This document shows, in pieces, positions 58,063-64,000 of a stretch of 64,000 bases of DNA. This DNA comes from Meiothermus sp. (lineage in GTDB: Bacteria; Deinococcota; Deinococci; Deinococcales; Thermaceae). The translations under genes were made by a program, and so were the position numbers. The notes below the pieces were generated by a model. That model worked only from the letters and a program-made list of their open reading frames with translations, ran no database searches and had not been told where the DNA came from. The stretch is from assembly GCA_033762915.1 (NCBI GenBank), contig JANRLD010000050.1, forward strand, positions 31,332 to 95,331, written 5' to 3'. The first letter of the stretch is position 1. Each line of letters opens with the position of its first letter.

Positions 58063-58095
58063 AGCCCGCCCTTACAGCCCGCCCTTACAGCCCGC
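58063..58095. repeat. 13-bp tandem repeat, 2.5 copies
   Basis: AGCCCGCCCTTAC AGCCCGCCCTTAC AGCCCGC. Confidence 0.8.
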
Positions 58096-58324
58096 ACGCG
58101 GAGGCCCGGACGGGGTAGTGGGGCTTAAGGGGACAGATCAAGGTCAGCCAGCCAAAGACGGTTTTTCAGCGACCAGCGTCCAATACGCTGCCGACCTACA
58201 CCGCAAATGCAGGAGTCGCTCGAGCCACACTCGACGCGGCACCGGTGCTCTGGTAACCGCATGGTTGGCCCGTCCGACGCTTCGCAGCCCCGGCCAAACC
58301 CTCCTCACTGCATATCGCCCAGGG

Positions 58325-58804
58325 TCATTTCCCCTCCAGCTTGGACCTGATCAAGACCACTCGAGCGGGCCGCTGGGTCTGGGTGTAGAACTCGAGGAGC
58401 CACTGGAGGGAGACCACCGGGAGGCTCATGCCCAGGTAGCGTACGTCCTGCCGGCCTTCCAGGAAGTCGCGGGGCCGCTTCCAGCCGCCGCTGGGCTGTA
58501 GGTACTCGAGCTGACTCAAAGTCTCCACGCTGACCCCCTCGAGGCGGTATTTCCCCGCGTGGTAGCGCAGCGCGTGGTCGCCCTGGTGCAGGCCGGGGGC
58601 GAAGACCCGGAACTCGGCTAGCCGCTGGTCTATGTTCTCGGCCCCTGCCGTATTGGTGATCAGGTCTATGTCCTTGGGCATGGCGGGCAGGCCGTGCAGT
58701 GCCATGGCCAAACTGCCGGCGATGGCCCAGAGGGTCTTGCCGTCGTCGAGGCGCGGGTAGATCAGGCTGACGGCCCTGGTTAGCGCGTCGGGGATGATTA
58801 ACAT
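58325..58804 (-). CDS. Nucleotidyltransferase-fold protein
   Basis: WAIAGSLAMALHG..PKDIDL (GS...DxD); SD AGGAG before ATG 58804. Confidence 0.7.
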   Translation of the reverse strand: MLIIPDALTRAVSLIYPRLDDGKTLWAIAGSLAMALHGLPAMPKDIDLITNTAGAENIDQRLAEFRVFAPGLHQGDHALRYHAGKYRLEGVSVETLSQLEYLQPSGGWKRPRDFLEGRQDVRYLGMSLPVVSLQWLLEFYTQTQRPARVVLIRSKLEGK

Positions 58805-58972
58805 CAACTCTCCTGCTCGGACCTGCGTCTTGCCTCGAGTCGAATATAAAAGCTCCCAATGGTGACCGCTCGAGGGCTCCTTTCTATGCGCGACCGAAAC
58901 CCTCTGGAACAGGGCAAGCGCGGGAAAGTCCGTCCCGGCGGCCAGCCTCATGCCGGGCCGGCTAGAGTTGGC

Positions 58973-60049
58973 CTAGAGCGCGAATTGCCCAAAGGCCGCC
59001 TCGTCGAAGCGGCAGCGGGTCAGGTCGGCCCACTCGAGCCACCCTGATTGTAGCGCAGGAAAGGGGCAAAAACTCCCCTCGGCCTTGAGGTGAAAGGCCA
59101 GCTCGCAGGGCTCACCAACTCCCTCCTGAAAGGCCAGCAGCGCGGTCTGGAAGGCCCCGAAGCTGCTCAGGGCCTGCGAGCCCAGCATGACTTTTTTCTC
59201 TTCCGAACGGGCCAGCGCCAGCATCTCGAGGCTCTGGGTGTAGCCGCTGCGGGCGGGCTTGATGTTGAGCACGTCAAAGGTGTCGAGCTGGCACTCGCGC
59301 CACAGGTCGCGCACCGTGAAGGCTGAGTCGTCGGCGATGATTGGCAGCAGCCCGGCCTTCTTGAGCCGCTTGCGCGCCAGCACCTCGCCCACCGGCAGCG
59401 GCTCCTCGACGTAGAGCAGCCCCGCCTGCTGCCAGGCCCGCATGAACACCTCGGCGTTGGCGGGCTCCAGGGTCTCGTTGGCATCGGCGTAGAGTTCGAC
59501 GTCGGGGAAGTGCTCGCGCAGCAAGGCGATCCGGCTCAGGTCGGCCACCAGATCACGCCCCACCTTGACCTTGAGCACCCGCACCCCGGCCCGGTAGACC
59601 GAAGCGGCGTCCTCTAGCATCTCCTTCTCGTCCGCGATGCCCAGGATGTAGCTGACCCGGACACGCTGCTGGGCCGGCTGCAACACCTGCCACAGCTCCT
59701 GCCCCTCCGAACGCGCCCAGGCTTCCCAGATCGCCAGGTCTAGCCCGCCCTTGAGGGTATGGTTGTTGGGAAAACCGGCCAGCACCCGCTGTACCGCCTC
59801 GGTGTCCTCGGCCTCGAGGCCCAGCAACTGAGGGCGCAGATACTCCAGACCCGCCAGCACCGTCCCCACTGTTTCACCATAAATCGTAGGGCGCGGCGGA
59901 ACCTCCGACCGCCCCACCGAGCCGTCGTCCAGCTCCACCTCCAACAGCACATGCTCCAACGCCGCCAACTCCGAAGACTTGCCCCACCTCAGCGACCCGC
60001 GCAACGGCAACCGGAAGGGGCGGGGGGTGATGCGCTTAATGGTTGCCAT
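58973..60049 (-). CDS. Enolase-superfamily enzyme (MLE / dipeptide epimerase subgroup)
   Basis: KVKVG, ADANE, EEP, ADDS, NIKPAR. Confidence 0.85.
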   Translation of the reverse strand: MATIKRITPRPFRLPLRGSLRWGKSSELAALEHVLLEVELDDGSVGRSEVPPRPTIYGETVGTVLAGLEYLRPQLLGLEAEDTEAVQRVLAGFPNNHTLKGGLDLAIWEAWARSEGQELWQVLQPAQQRVRVSYILGIADEKEMLEDAASVYRAGVRVLKVKVGRDLVADLSRIALLREHFPDVELYADANETLEPANAEVFMRAWQQAGLLYVEEPLPVGEVLARKRLKKAGLLPIIADDSAFTVRDLWRECQLDTFDVLNIKPARSGYTQSLEMLALARSEEKKVMLGSQALSSFGAFQTALLAFQEGVGEPCELAFHLKAEGSFCPFPALQSGWLEWADLTRCRFDEAAFGQFAL

Positions 60050-60142
60050 GTGCACCTCTTTCCTTTGAGTCAAAGAAAAATGTCGAGCGGGGAAGGGGAG
60101 AAGAGGGAAGCAAAATCTTCCTGCTTTCCCCCCCTCTTTCCT

Positions 60143-60877
60143 CTACGCACGGATGAACCTCTGAATCGCCTCTGCTTCTTGCTCCACGCTCAACGTCTCG
60201 GTATCCAAAAATAGCGCCCTCGAGCTGCCCTCAAGCACCCGCCCGGCCCCGGCGGGATCGTAGTTCTTGCGCTCCTCGGCGACGATCTTGAGCTTGGCAC
60301 TGAGGTCTTCGGCGCTGACGTTCCAACTCAGGGCTTCTTCGAGTTCACCCTCGCTCAGCACGCCCTCGGCCAATGCGCGGACGGAATCGAGGTCAATCTG
60401 GTCTATGCGCACCCGGTCGAAGCTGTCGCCGCGCCGGAGAAGTCTCGAGAGCCGGGTGATGTCCCGCGCTTGCAGCAGCACGAAGCGGGCCAGGGGGAGG
60501 TGCTCGAGGGCGAACCGCACCTCGTCCTCGCCGCGCAGGCCGTCGAAGACCACCGGCCAGACCGGCTGAATCTTGCCGTGCAGTAAGACCTCAGCCACCC
60601 CGCCCGGGTGCTCGGCACGGAAGCGGCGGGTCAGGGCGAAGCGCTCGGCGCGGTCGAGCTGGCTCTGGGCGCTGTGGCCGTATAGCGGCAACACGTAGCG
60701 GTCCACCACCTCGCGGCGGTCGGGCAGGGTGGGGTGGTGGAGGGCCTCCAAGAGGCTGCTCTTGCCCACCCCGGTTAGTCCCACCAGGATTAAGAAGGGC
60801 AGTTCGGCAAGCGGTTTTGCGCTGGGGGGCGCAGATTCGCCGGGCAGGTAGAGGGCTAAAGAAGTTGAAACAGACAT
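60143..60877 (-). CDS. P-loop NTPase/kinase-like protein
   Basis: ILVGLTGVGKSS, VVFDGLRG; TATTCT 8 nt before the ATG. Confidence 0.75.
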   Translation of the reverse strand: MSVSTSLALYLPGESAPPSAKPLAELPFLILVGLTGVGKSSLLEALHHPTLPDRREVVDRYVLPLYGHSAQSQLDRAERFALTRRFRAEHPGGVAEVLLHGKIQPVWPVVFDGLRGEDEVRFALEHLPLARFVLLQARDITRLSRLLRRGDSFDRVRIDQIDLDSVRALAEGVLSEGELEEALSWNVSAEDLSAKLKIVAEERKNYDPAGAGRVLEGSSRALFLDTETLSVEQEAEAIQRFIRA

Positions 60878-61051
60878 ACCGCCACAGAATACGCCAGTTT
60901 TCGCACGGAAGAATCTTGAAAGGCGGGGGTATATGATAAACGAAATTACAGATAGTTTGGTTTGTTTCCGTTTTGAAATTACGATCCCTTTGTCTGGACT
61001 CCTTCCCAGTGTGGCCTCGAGTCGTAAGCGCATTGGGGAGGAAGTTCCATC

Positions 61052-61198
61052 ATGAACAAGTGCTCTTTAGTCGGTTTGTTGTCTATTCTGGCTTTGCTAT
61101 TGGCTGCCTGTGGCTGCTCGCTAATGTCTTGGTATTCAACTTTTGACCTTGTCGCGCCGCTTCAGGTCAAAAGACCGCCCCTGCTTTGTGGGGGGTAG
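61052..61198 (+). pseudogene. Orphan lipoprotein signal peptide (48-aa ORF), probably a truncated gene
   Basis: SD GGAGG; MNKCSLVGLLSILALLLAAC lipobox followed by a short non-coding-like tail; below the ORF-track cutoff. Confidence 0.45.
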
Positions 61199-61213
61199 GC
61201 CAAAATAGGGGAG

Positions 61214-61963
61214 ATGCGACCCCTCCGCGCTGTGCTGGCACTGCTCAAAGGCGAAACCTCGAGCCGCCCCCTCGAGGCCTACCGCCGGCGCGGCGCGCGC
61301 ATCTACGACCTGCTCAACCAGCAGCCCAGGGGCCTATGGGAAGAGCCGCCCGGCGCGGGGGCGGGGCGGCTGTGTGCCTGGAACGCCTTCGCGCTCCAGT
61401 TGTTCGCCGATCGGCTGCAGGAGGCCGACTCGAAACTCGACCCCTACACCGAGGGCTTCACCCCGGCCCACCTGCACGGCCTGCTGCTGCGCTACTACCA
61501 GACCTCGATTCAGTGGTACGAGGCGGCCCTCGAGGCCCAGCAAGACCTGACCTACCTGCCCCCGGCTAAACTGCCCGCCAGCATGCCCGCCTGGAAAGGG
61601 GCTAGTCAGTTCTCCCACTCCATCCTGACTGCCCTCTACGAGGCCGTCCTGGCCTTGCGCGAGCAGTCCGACAAGCAGGTGGACGCCTTCGCCGAGGTGT
61701 CCGGCGGTACTCACTCGAGGGCCAATAAGGGCGGGGCCGAGCGAGGGGTGCAGGTCTTCACCTTCCCGGAAAACCACCCCGAAATGCTCAGGGTTCTGCT
61801 GCACAAACAGTCCCACGCCGGGCGCAAGCTGATTGCGGTGGGCGGCCAGCTGGCCCGGTCCGAGGTCGGCCGGAACACCTGGTTCGACCTGCGTCTGGCC
61901 GCCGGCCAATACTTCGCCCTGGGCCAACTGGCCGCGATGCCCGAGCTGATCAAGACCCCCTGA
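61214..61963 (+). CDS. Hypothetical protein
   Basis: 249-aa ORF with coding-like GC3 and SD GGGGAG; no family recognised. Confidence 0.7.
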   Translation: MRPLRAVLALLKGETSSRPLEAYRRRGARIYDLLNQQPRGLWEEPPGAGAGRLCAWNAFALQLFADRLQEADSKLDPYTEGFTPAHLHGLLLRYYQTSIQWYEAALEAQQDLTYLPPAKLPASMPAWKGASQFSHSILTALYEAVLALREQSDKQVDAFAEVSGGTHSRANKGGAERGVQVFTFPENHPEMLRVLLHKQSHAGRKLIAVGGQLARSEVGRNTWFDLRLAAGQYFALGQLAAMPELIKTP

Positions 61964-62054
61964 TCGCGTTTTCCACCATTACACCCCTCGCGGCGGCAGG
62001 TAATGTACTCCCTACAGCAACGCTGTAGGGAGTACGCGCGGGAACCGCTCTGAG
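61963..62054 (+). repeat. Dispersed structured repeat family B, copy 2
   Basis: Near-identical to 19543-19652 with a shorter second hairpin. Confidence 0.85.
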
Positions 62055-62146
62055 CAGGGGCAACCAAGGCACAGCGCCGTTCGCGCAGCGCGGGCTTTTG
62101 GTCCTGCCGACCGCCATCTGCGTTTCCCCGGCCCTCCCCGCCGGCC

Positions 62147-63655
62147 CTATCTGGGAAAAACCGCTAGCCCGTTTACCACCGGCCGGGCAAACTCCGACGG
62201 CGCACGCAGTTGGCCCCGTATCCAGAGCTGGGCCGAGCTGCCCGCGTCCATCCTGATGGCTCCCCAGGCTCCGCGCTCGAGCAGAATCTGGGCCAGCGTC
62301 TCGGGCCTGCCCGAGTCGGTGACGACCAGCCACAGTGCGCCCTCGCGTGTCCAGGCCACGGCGGACTGGGTGGTGAAGGCGACCAGGGGGGAGCGGTCGC
62401 GGAAGGGCTCGGCGTCGGGGCTGTAGACATTCTTTCCGGCCAGGATCAGCAGCGGCCCGGCCTCCAGGGCATAGGTGGCGGCGGGCTCGAGGCTCACGCT
62501 CAGCCGCAACTCCTCGCCCACGGCGGCGAGGGGGGCATTGGGGGGAAAGCCCAGGGCCCAGAAGCCCGGCGGCAAGTCCCCGGGGGCGCTGCGGACGCTA
62601 ACCACTCGGTTGTTCTGGATAAGGTAGAGTTGTTCGCCGCTCTGCCCGACGGTCCCGGGGATGGTGTAGGCGGTGTAGCGGGCGCGGTTGGCGTTGAGGC
62701 CCACCCGCACACTCACGCCCGAGGGGCCCCGCACGCTGGCATTCACGCTGGGGCGGGCGGTGAAGAGGCTGTCGTCGTCCCAGAAGAGGGTGCTTCGCCC
62801 GAAGGGCAGGTTGACCGTCACCCCGTTGTCCACCCACAGCCCGATGGGGGTCGCGCTGCGCACGTCGAAGTAGCCGCCGTTGAGCAGGGCCAGGGCCTGC
62901 GGGGCCAGGCGGCCCAGCGGCTCGCGGTTGCCGGGGCGGCCTACCGGCTGCAAGCGCCAGCGGTTGGGGGCGGCCTCGAGCCAAAACACCCGCACAGGTT
63001 CGCCAGAGCTTGTTCCAGAGCTTGCTCCAGGATAGCCCCAGACCTCGCGGTAGGTGAAGCCGGGGGCTACGGTTTCGCTTATCTCCTGGGCCAGGTAGAA
63101 CACGTCCAGCACCAGCCGGGCGGGGGCCTCGAGGCGTGTGATGCGGTAGCGGTGCAGGCGCCCGGGGGGCGGCTGTAGCGTTAGCTGGGTGCCGTTGTGA
63201 GCGTACGCGGCCGCCAGCCCGACAATGTTGCTGGAGAAGCCCTCGAGGCCCGGCAGGAAGAAGGGCAGGGTGAGCTGTAGCCTCTCGCCGAAGGGCTGGA
63301 GGTCGGCCGACGGCGCGTCCGCGCCCTGAGGCAGGTCCACCACCAGCCGCATCCGGTCGGTGTTCACGGAGGTTCGTACGCCCGCCTCCGGCGCGGCGAT
63401 GAAGCCCGCCGCGCGGACCACCTCGAGGGGCAGCCGGTCGCCCTGCGGGGGCGGCAGGGTGGCCGGCAGCGGGTCTGCCCAGCCGACGCCCGGCACGTAG
63501 GCCAGGGTGGTGCCGTTCTTGGCGAAGCGGTTGGCGCCGGTACCGTCCTCCACGATGCGGAGGCCCAGCTTGGCGGCGGGGATGTACAGGCCGGACTGGG
63601 CCAGGGCGGGGGCGAAGGCGAGCAGCAGAAACCACACAAGACGGCGCACGACCAT
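62147..63655 (-). CDS. Secreted phosphodiester glycosidase (NAGPA) family protein
   Basis: Signal peptide ..PALAQ; LNGGYF, EAGPLL, AIRMDAGSSAQL, RPVVNGL. Confidence 0.85.
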   Translation of the reverse strand: MVVRRLVWFLLLAFAPALAQSGLYIPAAKLGLRIVEDGTGANRFAKNGTTLAYVPGVGWADPLPATLPPPQGDRLPLEVVRAAGFIAAPEAGVRTSVNTDRMRLVVDLPQGADAPSADLQPFGERLQLTLPFFLPGLEGFSSNIVGLAAAYAHNGTQLTLQPPPGRLHRYRITRLEAPARLVLDVFYLAQEISETVAPGFTYREVWGYPGASSGTSSGEPVRVFWLEAAPNRWRLQPVGRPGNREPLGRLAPQALALLNGGYFDVRSATPIGLWVDNGVTVNLPFGRSTLFWDDDSLFTARPSVNASVRGPSGVSVRVGLNANRARYTAYTIPGTVGQSGEQLYLIQNNRVVSVRSAPGDLPPGFWALGFPPNAPLAAVGEELRLSVSLEPAATYALEAGPLLILAGKNVYSPDAEPFRDRSPLVAFTTQSAVAWTREGALWLVVTDSGRPETLAQILLERGAWGAIRMDAGSSAQLWIRGQLRAPSEFARPVVNGLAVFPR

Positions 63656-63859
63656 GGGCACAGTTAACCCCAAAGCGGTCGGAGAGGTGTGAAAAGCAAA
63701 AGGGCGACCACGAGGTTACCGTGCGCCCCTAATCTCGCATGTTGCCCCCATGCGCGGGGCCAAAAGACGCCCGGGGAATCATCGCACTGCCGACCGACAC
63801 CTAACGCATGGAGGTCTTGGCGCAGAGACTGTCCACCAATGGCGCTGGTCCTCTACCAG

Positions 63860-64000
63860 AACGTCAGTTCGGAGATAGAAAAGTAGGAAAAAAGCTGTTG
63901 AGCAAAGGAAGACCCCCGTATAGGCTAAGGGTGCAGCCTAGCAACTGCCCAAAACCTAAAGGAGGTCGAGATGAGTTTATCTCTACTTGAGTTGTTTTGT
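63860..64000 (+). mobile_element. Probable left end of an IS982-family insertion sequence (transposase start at 63971, truncated by the window)
   Basis: AACGTCAGTTCGG resembles IS982-type ends as I recall them; GC drops; AAAGGAGG + ATG gives MSLSLLELFC, resembling the LxELFCxxDDF N-terminus of IS982 transposases. Confidence 0.5.

Overview
GC-rich bacterial chromosomal window, most likely from a Meiothermus/Calidithermus-like member of the Deinococcota. This is inferred from protein style, pervasive CTCGAG and apparently leaderless genes. Left to right it holds: (1) a STAND/AAA-TPR-SARP/BTAD regulator with a divergent cluster of secreted lipoproteins, ending in a hydrazine-synthase-alpha-like heme c protein; (2) lysS; (3) a LacI / Gfo-Idh-MocA / DUF1349 / MFS unit; (4) three tandem paralogous ~305-aa proteins of no family I recognise; (5) mobA, DJ-1, GNAT, a ~197-nt rod-shaped 6S-RNA-like element and lepA; (6) two type IV minor-pilin cassettes, one inside a split two-component system and one flanked by dispersed repeats; (7) trmI; (8) a 17.6-kb purine catabolism cluster (xdhABC, BMP-type ABC transporter, Rieske oxygenase, two guanine deaminase paralogs, uraD, puuD, 8-oxoguanine deaminase); (9) assorted genes and probably the left end of an IS982-family element at the window edge. 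Two dispersed palindromic repeat families are present. No rRNA, tRNA or CRISPR array was seen. The best novelty candidates are the paralog triplet (19972-22940), the 6S-like RNA (24950-25146), a possible modified-purine branch (Rieske plus altered GuaD) and the SARP-box-controlled lipoprotein/HzsA-like module. All product calls come from motif recognition by eye; no database searches were run.
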